Part shown: positions 12,404 to 24,200 of the stretch, in pieces
How the letters are laid out: the number at the start of each line of letters is the position of its first letter
Position numbering within the stretch: position 1 is the first letter of the stretch
Assembly: GCA_000708835.1 (NCBI GenBank)
Contig: DF237046.1
Coordinates: 8,079-72,078, forward strand
Direction of reading: 5' to 3'
Length of the DNA stretch: 64,000 nt
Origin: Klebsormidium nitens
Taxonomy: Eukaryota > Plantae > Klebsormidiophyceae
Position numbers and translations under genes: made by a program
The notes under the pieces: model-generated
What the model saw: only the letters and a program-made list of their open reading frames with translations
Database searches by the model: none
Told to the model about the DNA's origin: nothing

Positions 12404-15400
12404 TTAGTCCACCACCTTGTAGCCCAGCCACTGCTTGATCTGTCCCAGGAGGGCGGGCCTGTGGTGCTCTCCCTGCATCAACAAACGAATTGACTTCAGC
12501 AACTTTTATCAAGAAGGCCATTAAAACAGGCTCCGTACTCCCAATAGTTCCAATCATGAAGAGGGCCGAAAATGAGCCGAAAATAGACATAAAGATGGAC
12601 AGACTAGTGTGAACACTTCCATTGGACTTTGATGCGTCAAGAATCCAGCCAAACTCATCGAGGATCAATCATTCGGGTATTGCGATCGTCTTTACATGAC
12701 TGTTCCTATGCAGGCAAGCATCAAATTCCCACATCTGTGCCCCGATCAATTGCCCCGAGGCCTTCCAAAGTCCCCGGGATCACCTGGATGATGTACCGAC
12801 TGCTCCGGTCCATGACCTCCGGCCCGACGATGCCAAAAACTCTTGGTTTAGCTAACCGGCCTTTGGTCCATTATGTAAACCTTCACCGGATGATCCCCCG
12901 GGCTCACCTGGATGATGTACCGGTTGGTCCAGTCCATGACCTCCGGCGCGAAGATGCGGTAGAGCAGGAACAACTTGTACCACCCGGGCACGATCACGTA
13001 CCGGTCACGCCGGACGGCCGCCTCCACGATCCGCCGCGCAGCAACCTTGACCGGAAGCAGCGGAAACGGACCAAGTTGCTCCTGGAGAGATTAGAAACGG
13101 TTAATTATTATACAGGTGCCAAGGCACTGGCTAGGCATTTCAGAGGCCAGCCTTTGATACCAGGTTAAAGCGATAAGCCGATCACCGGCGGACGTCTTTA
13201 TTGGGCGAATCTCTGTGGCCGCCCACTCAGCGCAAGACACTGTCTTGACCATATCAGAATTCGAGCTATCAGGGAAAGAGAGATTGATTAGCAGAGACAT
13301 GATAGCGAAGAACAGATCGACGCATCAGGTTGTGTTCGTGGTTTGCTGAATATGAAGGGAATTCAGACAAACCGGAATGGAAGCGAACAGGGGAGCTGGC
13401 TTACCACGGGCAGCTTTTCCGTCATTGCAGTACGAATATACCTGCGAGACGAAGAAGACAAAAAATTATGTATGATCTGACCATCAGAGAATCCAATAAG
13501 GCAGTCTGCAGAATAGGAAAATGGATCACGTTTAGCCATTTATTCTCGTTCGGATACAAAGCACCAAGGTTTCGATCAGAAGCACAGGCCCAGAGTAGTG
13601 AGCAGGGTCGCTTGAATCTCTAATGCTTGATTGGGGATCATTATAAATCTCAGGTTTCTCCCATTGCGGATTCACTCGAGTGCGGCGACAGGACGAAAAA
13701 GGAGCCGCCGTTTCCTGGAACCACTTTCTTGGCTTACAGACCTGCGACCACGTTAGAACGAAGTCCTCTCGAATTTGGGATAGTGAAGAGGCATGATCAA
13801 CCGTTCTGTCACCAGGGACATCACAGGACAATTTTCGAGGCAGAGTAGTCTCCATGAAACAAACGTTTTTACCCCCACTCCATCAAAACGTCTCCCCATT
13901 GAGCTCGACGGACAAAGCGGCTCGTCACACTGACCGTCTCGTCTTTTCAATCTCCATCAATAGAAACGCTGCGTTTTCGCCTGAACAACGGAGACCAACA
14001 CTCCGCCAACCTGGCAGGTCATCATAGGTCACCTACGAAGTTCCTCAACTTACCTTGTGAACAATAGCCGGCTAAGGCTCGCGCGATCGTAAACCTACTG
14101 TTCTTAGCGGTCTCCGCAAGTTTCCGTGCCAAAGAAAACTTTCGAAGTGAATCAGCTTTGTCTATCACTCGAGAGCTCACCCCGGGCACGCAATGGTGAT
14201 GTCAATCTCGTCAGCGGCCTCCACCCGGAGCGTGTCGTAAAGGCCAAGCAGCCCCTGCTTTTGGGCCTGCACGGATTTCCAAGTGACTGGGTCATCGGTT
14301 TGCTCTTCTACACATTACTTCATCTAGTCAGGCGGAGCCCCACACAAGATAGCAACATGACTGGGAGAGATGCAAAAGAGGCAGAGAAAAGCTGTGATTG
14401 CCAAGTGAACGGCTGTGCGTCATCGCCTCCTTCTCGACAGAAAATCTGACCGCTCCTGGGCGACAGCGAAATGGCAAGGTAGGTACTGAATATGCAACGA
14501 AAGTCAAAAAAGACCCTTGTAGCCCTAAACGCCAGGGTAGAAGCATAAGTGCAGATCTCAGTGACTTAGAAAGGAAGCAAGAACTGCAAGCAGGGTCAGA
14601 TGAGGGCGGCTCACGTTATAGAGGCTCTGCCTGGGGTACGGAATGAAACCGCCCACACTGTCAATCACCACGATCTGTCCGCCTGCCCGCTTGAGGTGCG
14701 GCATGGCGTAGTAGGTCGGGTACACCTTAGAAGGAATAGGGTGGAAAGGATAAACAACAAAGCAATTTTGTAGCTTACCAACACCACCCACATGTTTCTT
14801 GGTCTCTGTGGCGGAGGTTACAGGCTGTTACTGTACTGTGCTGCGTCGTATGTCGAGCAAGTTTTGTGGTCTTTGATTGCAGTACGTCGTGTAACGAGCG
14901 ACATAGGGAACCTTTCAACGTAGAGCCATAAAATACATTCTTCCCTTGGAGCTATCATAAGCTAGATGAGTGGAATGCCTTGAATAAAAACTATTTGCTG
15001 AAGCATATTATAATTGATAACATCAACCTCCTGTCACTCTCAGTCCAATGGACTTTCCGGGCGGAGCCAAGCTCCAATTGCCTCCACAGAACTTTCTCTT
15101 AGCATTTGTGCTGCCTATTTGGCCCAAGGTCAGAGGCTGTCCCGCTTACATTGCCCCAGAAATCGATGTCAGCAATCTTCTGAAACTCTGAGGTGTCTTC
15201 CACCGCCTCAAAGAACCAGCTGTGCCCCTTGCCCGCATTGCACACCACAATGTCCACTGCAAGGAAGAAGAATGGCTCAATCTAGGTCAAATGAAAGCTG
15301 GAACAGTTGCTTAATATTGTCCCTCCGTAAGCTAAGTACATTTATATTGTGCTGACCGACTGCAGCTGCTCCACACACCCAATGGTGGGTTTGCAGGTAA

Positions 15401-16060
15401 GTACAACTGTCCAGCTTTTCTTGAGGGAACATGCTTCACCTTCATGCATGCAGTCTGTGCATGAAAGCCAAACCCCTCAAAATCGAATGTGATCCTCCGC
15501 TTCCGCAAACAAAGATGTGGGCAACAAAGCATCGCTGCATTGCCAGTGCCAATAAGAAGAATCAACATCATCTGCCAACCAAGCCTGAGACTAAGGGTAT
15601 CCGTTCAGAATCAATGTAGCTTGACCACCCTGCAAACCCAAAACGAAACCACCCTGCAAACTGAAGAGGAAACCACGTGCCCACCTCCCCCAAAGTGCTC
15701 CACCGCTTGGTCGACCACCTTCTTGTTGTTCTCCACCTTGGTCAGGTCTGCTGGCACCACCAGCACATCTGGGCTGCCCAGCTGGCGGCACTTCTCTGCA
15801 TTCTTCTGCAGCAAGTTCTCCCTGCGAGCGGTCAGCACCAAGTTCGCCCCGCGCTGCGCATACTCGAACGCCAGACTTTCTCCGATCCCTGAGCTGGCCC
15901 CTGTGATGATCACCGTCTTCCCCGCGACGCGCATCTCCTTTTTAACGAAGGTCTTGTAGAGGAACCGGAAGACCCACAGCCCGGGGATAAGGACGAGTAG
16001 CACTAAGATCCCCCCAGGGAACAGGGTGAGGTTGAACAGCACGTTCAGAAGCCGCTCCAT
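12404..16060 (-). CDS. HSD: Short-chain dehydrogenase/reductase, 11-beta-hydroxysteroid dehydrogenase / steroleosin-like, 7 exons, 319 aa
   Basis: Exons 16060-15685, 15256-15150, 14725-14615, 14266-14181, 13441-13405, 13081-12908 and 12472-12404 sum to 960 nt in frame. Features: hydrophobic N-terminal anchor, Rossmann TGASSGIG, DIVVCNAG, DIDFWGNVYPT, catalytic YNAQK (YxxxK, split by an intron), YDTLRVE, and a plant-HSD-like C-terminus RRDRYVIVPGWY...RIFAPEV. Confidence 0.9.
12772..12957 (-). repeat. 62-bp duplication of an SDR exon 3' end plus donor site into the downstream intron
   Basis: 12896-12957 versus 12772-12833: 55/62 identical, ungapped, offset 124 nt. Confidence 0.9.
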
Positions 16061-17365
16061 CGTTGCAGCGGACGGCTTCTCTCAGGGGGTATCTGGTGCG
16101 GCTAGAAGAGACCCAGAACTAAGCTCCGTAAGAGGACAAACGCAGTCTCTCGTAACAGTCGCGCCAGCGCCGTCTCTTCTAACCAAGGAAAAAGAATTCA
16201 AACTCAATTTGGAACAGGATACGAGCAACTCCTCCGAATCACCAGATCACCCGGCGCAGCTGATTGCACAAAGCGCAAATATGCTGAGCTTCTATGGCGA
16301 CTTCGCTCGTGGTCGGTCGATGTTGCACGACTCGTCTGTACTTGTATCATGAAGCCAATGTGGGATGAGAGCAGTCTTTGCATGTGCTATTGTAAACCAT
16401 GAGTGCGAAGCATCTTGCATGCACTCGACCTCGGAAAGGAAGCAGATTTCTGGGGCTCGGCCTGCAGATTATCCAAGGTAGGTAGTTCATCGACCGCGCA
16501 TGCATTGGAATGCTTTGCATGCATTCTGGAAGTGGCCACGTCCTCAGGGGGATCCCTTGCGCGGAGTCGGGCCGCCGCCGCTCGCCGGTGGCGCGGCCGC
16601 GTTTGGCTCGTTGCCGCACGCGACTCCGGCTCTTGGTCACTGAGTCAAGCGACGGTTGTAACTTGCACGTACAAAGTTCTGTTTACGGCGACGCCTGCAT
16701 GAAGGCTGCCGGCCGTCGCCATTCAATTTGATATAATGCCTGACCAGTAATAGGGCCTATCATCATACCATTTGCTGGCATCGCTCTATGCCATGTCTGC
16801 TCCGTAATGGATGGCAACGCCTGAGCATGGGTCATGCAGGCCACGTTAGATGGCCATTGATGCGATTTGTAAGGTGCAGCATTACGCCATTGCCTAAGCT
16901 GTCATTCGAAGCTTGGACCACAATCCAGAAATGAAAACAATGCAGCAGCAACCTTCCAGTCACCGGAGCAACGAGAACCATTGCTCCAATCATATGTCGG
17001 TGGATGATTGCAGGTTCGTAGCAATTATGCGCCCACAATTGCCGTTCATGGATTCAAGAAGAAGCAAAAAGCCGCCGTCACTTGCGTGCTTGCAATTGAC
17101 ACTGGACACATACTTATGCACTCAAAGTAAACCTGGCAACCGCTCGTGAAAGCTCTTTCCGAGTGAGTGCTCTTGTAAGAGCGAGACACACGTGGACCTG
17201 AGAAATTTCCGCTGGTTGCGATGTTGTAAACATTGCACCTAGACACTTCTCAACCCTTTGCTCTGCTTCACGTCAGGCGTCGCATGCGAAGACGCCACGT
17301 TTGATCTCTCAATTCCCAGCCTAAAAGGTGCTTCTACGTAACGTCAGATTGATCTGGAATCATTC

Positions 17366-20300
17366 TTATGCTCGGTTCTCGTAGAGCGCTCTTGCAGCGA
17401 GCTCCCAGGCCACAATGGCGGCCGCGTTAGCAGGGAAGGCGCGAACTAGAGTCGGGCTCAGCCCCGCATACAGGCCTGAGATACCCGACTCTTTCCGAAT
17501 CTGCGCAGAACACCACAAAATGAGACTGTACGTTTTTCCCCAAGTGACAATCACGGAGGGTGGACGCTACAAAGAAATCTTTGATCAGATCAAAGCGAGC
17601 TAATCTGGAAAAGGGAAAGCAAGCTGACATGTAAAATCTTACCATGTGGAAAGTGCTGAAGAACCCGTGCTTCGCAGCCCCCACAGCCTGCTCTGTCTGC
17701 ATCCGCGTCTTCATGACGTCGAAGGGGAGGACGATGGCCCAAAACTGCAAATAGGAAAACAGATACCTCAGACTTCGCTAGCCGTTCGTTTCATCGTCTG
17801 ATCGTTCCTTTTTTCTCTAAGCATCTGCTTGCTCCACTGATGGACATTCGCTCAGAACCGTTCTACAAATTTGAAAAGCAATGGACTTTAGTGCCAAGAA
17901 GTTAGCAGCTCACCACGATGCCCGCAACTCCGCCGCTAACGATACCCGTCGTCCCTTCGACGGCAATGTCCTTTATGGTCTGACCAGCCATGGCCAGGTA
18001 AGAATCGGGTTCCGAGTGCGTGCCAACTCGGGGAGCGCCGACAGGCCGGCCTCCCAAAACCTGCGGATAATTTCGAAGTCAAAACAAAGGAGGCGTCTTT
18101 GCGTCGAGGTCGCGCATCCAGCAAGCGTCAGCTTCGGTGCGATTCAAAGGGGAAGACGACCTACGCTTGATCCAGGCCAAGATGACGACTATGAAGCCAT
18201 TGAGATGGATCCGACGATCAAGGGTTTCTGGAACGGCAAGATATGATCAAGAGAGTAAAGCCAGGTGGATGCTAAAAGTGCCACAGCAAAAGACGCCAGG
18301 ATTCAAGGGTTTGAATCAGGCAAAAGCCAAAGAAGCTCCTAGTTTGGACATACACATGCGCGACGGGACACAAGATCGTGGACGAAATCAACCAGCAGCA
18401 TCAGCAGGACGCTGTTACATAGAAACTTTAATACTGTTTTTGTAATGAAATGGAGCACCGTACCTTGGTCATGTACTTCCGGATCACTTCGTAAGTGGTG
18501 AAGAAACACACGTTGCCAAGGGACTCTCTGATTGCTGTCGCACTGAGGCCCCGGTAAAACCCCCTCAAACCCTCCTGCTTAAATGTCTTCGAAACGCAAT
18601 CAAACGGTCCGTTGTACTTCCGCTGGCCCCCGGCCCTTGACTCGCGGTCCTGCATCTGCAGCCGGCACTGCAAGAGAACCAAAGGTTAGCAGAGGATCTG
18701 GGAAGCGCCAAATGACACCATGTTAGAAAGATTGACAAATCTCGTCAGCAATCCAAACTTGAAACTTTGTCACAAAAAATTGCAAGCTCTGCTGATCAAA
18801 GACCGAGTTTCAGAAGTAAATGTTATTCATAAAACCGTGATTCTCTGAGCTCTTGCAGAACACCATCGTTTTGAGAGTGGCAAAGCCTTGTAATTGCCTA
18901 TCAGCATCGGTTTCTGGCTTTTGCCGATTCCCTATGCTCCTTCGTATTCTTGTCTGTAAAAAGGTTGATTTGAGTGTTCCTTACGAACCACACGCACTGA
19001 TGATGCAGGAACATGACTCATCCCAAAACCTAGTAGTCCTAGCCTTTGATGAGGATTTGATGCTACTCGAGGAGCCTCTTGAACCTTCCCCCAGCGTGTG
19101 GGACAAGCGGGCCTCACTTTGACAAGCTCCGTTGGACACAAGATCAGACTGACGCTCGCTCCAGCAACCGCTGCCGCTGGAATGATCGCTGAATAGGGTG
19201 CGTCCCCTTCCTTTGATGGATGCAACATGCCCTTGATCTGAGAGTAACATCCAAAGAGCACCGAGCTCTCTGCAGCGACGCCCAAGAACGAAGAACTGGC
19301 CCCTCGGTACAGTCCTCGGACCTGGCGATCAGAAGAAGAATCTTTGAACGACCTGGCTTTACTTGGAAGTTGTGAGAAAGCAGCAAAGGATTGGATGACA
19401 GGTGAAGCAGGACAGGAGAGGCGTTGGATCCGGAAGCAGGCAGCTCTATGACCAGAAAAGAGATGTTTTGCCAACAAAAAGCAAGGAGGAAATTCGGGAC
19501 ATTGATTGCTAGCTGAGCTCAGGAGATTGGCGACTTACCCCATCTCGTCGGACGATATTCGAGGTAACGTGCAGGGGCCCGTGGCGTTTGTTTGCATCTT
19601 TAGCCTGGAGGTTCACCTGAAACATGGTTCCACTGCCTCATCAGCACCACGGAAGTGAATTGAATGAAAGGAGGTACTCTGCACCCCCATGAAGATCCCT
19701 GCAAGCACTCTATCGACCAAGCCTTCACACTGATCAGCTCAAATCTCAAACCAGGGGCTTGATCAGGCAACAATGTAGACGCAAAGAGTTTTAGCGCCAA
19801 TCAACTGGGAGAGACGAAGACGGCACAGATGAATAACACAATCAAATTTACCAGCTGACATGCAAAGCTGGACTTGCAAAATCATGGAGGAAACCAGAAT
19901 ATGCTTCATGGACCTGCAAAGCTTGAGATCTACCATCTGAGCCAGATTGATGCTCGGGATACGTGTCACAAACAGGGGTGCATCAAGGACCATCCTCCAC
20001 CGAGGCTGGGCCAGCTTTGATACTAAAACATTTGCAGGAACAAGTTGACAGCTTAGATATCTGAGCTTGCTTAGCGGGTTTGTGACCACCAGCTTCTGAG
20101 GGGCCAGGTTAGACAATTAAGATCTCTCGTTTGCAACCAGGCAATTGAGAAATGCGACGAAAGTAGTGCAGAAGCAAGTATCAGTGCACAAAAGCTGGGA
20201 ACTGACCTTGATTGTGTCAAATGGATGTCCGATAAGAACCTGCAGAAAAGCAAAGCACGGCAATCAGTTTGAAGTTTGAAACAAAGAACAAAATCCAGAA

Positions 20301-20427
20301 CATATCTTTGAAATACCTTCAGATAAGCGAACCGCTGCAGGCATTCAAAAGAAGTGAAGGGGGCGATTCTCACCGTCGCGATGCCAGCAGCAATTCCAGC
20401 AGCATAGTCCTTGAATGCGTCCCCCAT
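17366..20427 (-). CDS. BAC1: Mitochondrial carrier (SLC25), basic amino acid/arginine carrier of BAC1 type, 8 exons
   Basis: Exons 20427-20374, 20239-20207, 19616-19539, 19321-19118, 18667-18464, 18060-17914, 17744-17643 and 17500-17366, all phase 0. Three carrier signatures are present: GHPFDTIKV, CPTELVKCRLQ, LPFDVMKTRMQ. The segments AESSVLFG, RESLGNVCFF and RAFPANAAAIVAWE resemble plant BAC1. Confidence 0.9.
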
Positions 20428-20808
20428 TTGCAAGTCGCTCACGTCACTCCATCCATGTGGACGTCCACCACTAATCTGATGATCAGAGCATCGGCTGTAC
20501 AATCAACGCATTGCCATCGGCTGTATGCAAGAGCCTAACCCGTTCTTCAAGACTGATCAAGCGCACAGCCAACGGACCCCCTTGCGCCCCTCCATTTTGC
20601 CCGCCGTCCGACCAATCCGATCAGCAAGCAGGCGTCAGAGGCGTCAACGACGCTAAACCGTAGTCCAAAACGCACGTAAACGTCTTACCCCCCAAACTCA
20701 GGAATTAATTCGGATCATTTTCGGAACCAGACCATTATCGAGCGGTAACCAGAAGGGTAATCTTTTAAGTACTAAGATTATATGCAGCACAGTCATCGTC
20801 CCGATCTA

Positions 20809-21097
20809 CCGTAGTCCAACGTGATGATTCCGAACGATTTTATTTCGAATTATTATACAACAATCCGACCGGGAAAGTGGAATTATTTATGCTGATTCCG
20901 ACAAGAATCCGAATGCCCTATGGTCTCACTTAGAAGGGGAGTTTTTGGCTGTTTTTGGCTGTTTTACGGCTTCCGAGGACCATTTCAAGGTTCTTTTACC
21001 TTTCCGAAATTTCACTTTCCGAATGGGAAATCCGAATTTCTGACTTTCCGAACGCAAATTATATCTATTTATTCGGAATCATCACGTTGGACTACGG
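20809..21097. mobile_element. MITE, 289 bp, Tc1/mariner-like, with perfect 26-bp terminal inverted repeats and TA target duplication
   Basis: Left TIR ccgtagtccaacgtgatgattccgaa (20809-20834) is the exact reverse complement of ttcggaatcatcacgttggactacgg (21072-21097). TA flanks both ends (20807-8, 21098-9). The interior is AT-rich, non-coding and has repeated TTCCGA motifs. A homologous copy lies at ~51110-51390. Confidence 0.92.
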
Positions 21098-21219
21098 TAG
21101 ATCCCCACCACGAAGGAGCAGCTCGATCACAGGACCAGCGCGTGCCATGATCTGGCCAGACGCTACGACGCCTTTTGAATCAGAAGAAGCGTCTCCCCGT
21201 AGTCTATTTTCTTGCAAAC

Positions 21220-24200
21220 ATGTTGGCCCGTTCGCCCCCTCCTCGGAAGCGGCGGCCGTTGCAGCCCCTGTTCTTTGATTCTGATGCACGGGAAGCGCAA
21301 GCGGAAGAGGTCGATGCTGGCGCCCCTGCCAGCCTCTCAGAGCTCAGGGCTAGCACTCAGAAGCGGCAGCGCCTGGACTCGGATTTTGTGACTGAGGATC
21401 TTTTGAGAAGAAATGAACGACGATTGCAAACAGGTACGCCACTGCATTCTTTGCGCAGCGACCCGCACAATGTGGCGTCCACTTCGAAAGGCGCAACACC
21501 CTTCAATCAGTTGATCACAGCAGCGACCCCAGTCACGGGGGGCCGAGACACCGCCAGTCGACAAGTGCAAAGGCAGGGGGAAGGCGCCAGGTGGGAATTG
21601 GCCCCTGCACCACAGAATGCACACAATGCAGGACTGTGCTGTACTTATGAGTGCACAAACATGGTGAAGCGGGAGGTCCTGGAATTGCTGGAGGAGCAGC
21701 GGCGCGCGCTGAGCTCCTTCAAGCAGGAGCTAGCGACGGAGCGAAGGGCCAGGGAGGATTCTCAGGCGGAGAATGCATCGTTGGTCCGGAAGGTGCGGGA
21801 CTGCCGGGCGGTGATTGCGAGCGCCGAAGCGCGGGAGGCGGAGATACAGCGCATGAGAGAGGAGGAGATGAGGAGGGGGGAGGAGCGGTGGAGGGGGGAA
21901 GTGGGACGGGTCACTGAATTGCAGGTGAGGGATAGGGGCAGTATTCCAACGATTGCAGTTCGACGTTCTTCAAAGTCTGCGACTACAATGCATCGAACCT
22001 GGCCGGTTGGTAGATGAACGGGGTAAGATTGGGGACTTTGTCTTTCATGTGTGCTTTCCGAAGCTGGCAGTATTTATTGTAGCCCGGAGGTTGTTCTTGT
22101 CATCAAAGAGGGTTGACTGACGTGCCCAATTTTTCGAACTCCAGAGGCTACTAGACAAAGAGATCAATGCGAGGGGCGAGGCAGAAGCAGCTGCTAGATC
22201 AGCGGAGGCCCGGGCTACTGCGATGGAGACAGGAGGTATGTCAAAAGTTTGCAAATCTTTAACAAAGAAGTATAGCAGCTACATAGTCTAAATGCAACAC
22301 CTGACTTTGAACCTTTCTAGTCTCTAGGTGCAAACCTCAGGTAAACCTCCTTACAGGGCATCACTTCCAGACAGAGTTTTGCGTACACGTGACTCAGCAC
22401 TGCACAATAGGCATAGACCGTTCGTAAAAGACGAAGCCATGCTTCAAAGCTCTGTGATCTATCGCAGATCCCGTGGCCTGCCCCTCCAAGCTACGATTGT
22501 GTCAAGTAATACTGGAAGCCCCTGGAAAGATGTGTGGGATACGACTTTGAACCTCCTTACCTACTTCGTGTTTAAGGGCATTAAACTTGCTGACGAAGTT
22601 TTTGGGGTTATAGGTGACCAAGCGGCTGACCGAGCAGAGCGAGAGATCCGGAGCCTGAAGGCCCAATTGGAACGAGCTGAAGATGAGCATCGGAGCGCCC
22701 TCACAAAGGCAGACATGCAGATAAAAGGGCTCCGGATAAGAGCCGAAGTAAGCAAAGCCCGTCAAAAGTGGGGCTCTCTTCGCGTAAATTTTTCAAAAGA
22801 CTCAGTGGGAGCAATGCCAAGTGCCAAGTTGAGCTTTTGCAAAAGCAGATGAGATTTGCTGCTTGCTCGGACATGTAGCCTTCTGCTCTCTATGGGCATC
22901 TTTGTCAGATCCTTAGATCCTCAAACACTCCGGTCAAGTCCTTGTTTTTGCATTGCGTTCCCCTACTTTCTCACTGAGGGCGAAGTTTGTACAGAAATGC
23001 AGATTGCAATCAAGTCTTGACTCTTACTCTGAGAGTGGAGTTGCGGGCTTCTACTAATGGACCTTTCGCCTCTGCAAACGACTCCCAAGCCCTTCGAACT
23101 AGGCCCGCCATCGTTTTCCTGGCAACTAGAAAGGTTCCCAACTCATGCAGGCTGCCACCGCTGAAGCAGACACCGCTCGGGCCGCCCTCGACGAAACCCG
23201 AACCGCCCTGCAAACCGCCCAGGAAGAGAACGCATCCCTGGAGACGGCTCTCGCGAGAGCGCATAGCCAGGCTTCCTCGTCGGCGCTACGCTCCGATCGG
23301 GGACATGAGCTGGAGATCCTGGTGGGACAGCTACAAGCGGAGCTGGCGGCAGGCGCAGCGGACGTGGCGGATGCGCGCAGGCTCAAGGACACGGTCAGTG
23401 GTCACCCACGCTGTCCACAAGTCAAATGAGAAAAGCGCAGTCTACTTTTTGTTAACTGCGCACGATTTCAACACTGATTCTGGGCTTGTAGGTTGCTCGT
23501 GGTGATGTGTGTCGTCTACAGACGTGAAAACGTTATTTTTTTGATGGTAGTAATCAATCGAATTTGATTCAGGCTTTAAGTATGCAGATGTTTGGTTGGC
23601 AGGTTGAGTTAGGTACTTGGTACGAGATGCCTGACGTTCGCCTTCGGAGTAGGGTACGCTTTTTATGTGGAGGCGGCGATGACAAAGCTTGTTGATTTGG
23701 TCTGCGTCGGAGCATATGCTGCATGCACCGGTCGTTGACTGTTGACGCATCGACAAAGGGGATGGATGTCCGCAGCTTGTTGACATTCTCCTTCCCAGGA
23801 GTCGCGCGTTGCCGTGCTTCGGGAGCGGCTGGCAACCGCCGAGGGTCGAGCGGAACGAGCGGAGGCGGCGACGCGGGAATATGTCGAAGCAAAGGAAAAG
23901 ATCAGGACGCTGGAGGGTGAGATCAGAACCTGGGAAGAGACGGCCCGGCAGCTGCCCGGGGTGGTCAACCGGGGCGACCTGGCAACCAGATTCGAGGAGC
24001 TGCAGAAGGAAGCGCTGACGGCCCGGGCCAAGGTAGGTGCCCGGTTCTTCGGATCAGAATGCACATGTCGGACAATGTTCTTGATCTCTCGAGTGGAAGG
24101 AAGCCGGAGAACCTACACGAGTTCGCGCTCCTTGGGTCCGTAGTTTTTGGATGGCTTTTTGTCGTCGTCTTGACATCAGGTTAAAAGGTAAAATTCTGAA

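Noticed and set aside
12629-13168. 179-aa plus-strand ORF with an internal repeat
   Set aside because: It is the antisense shadow of the SDR exon 13081-12908 and its duplicated end.
17881-18246. 121-aa plus-strand ORF
   Set aside because: It is antisense to BAC1 exon 18060-17914.
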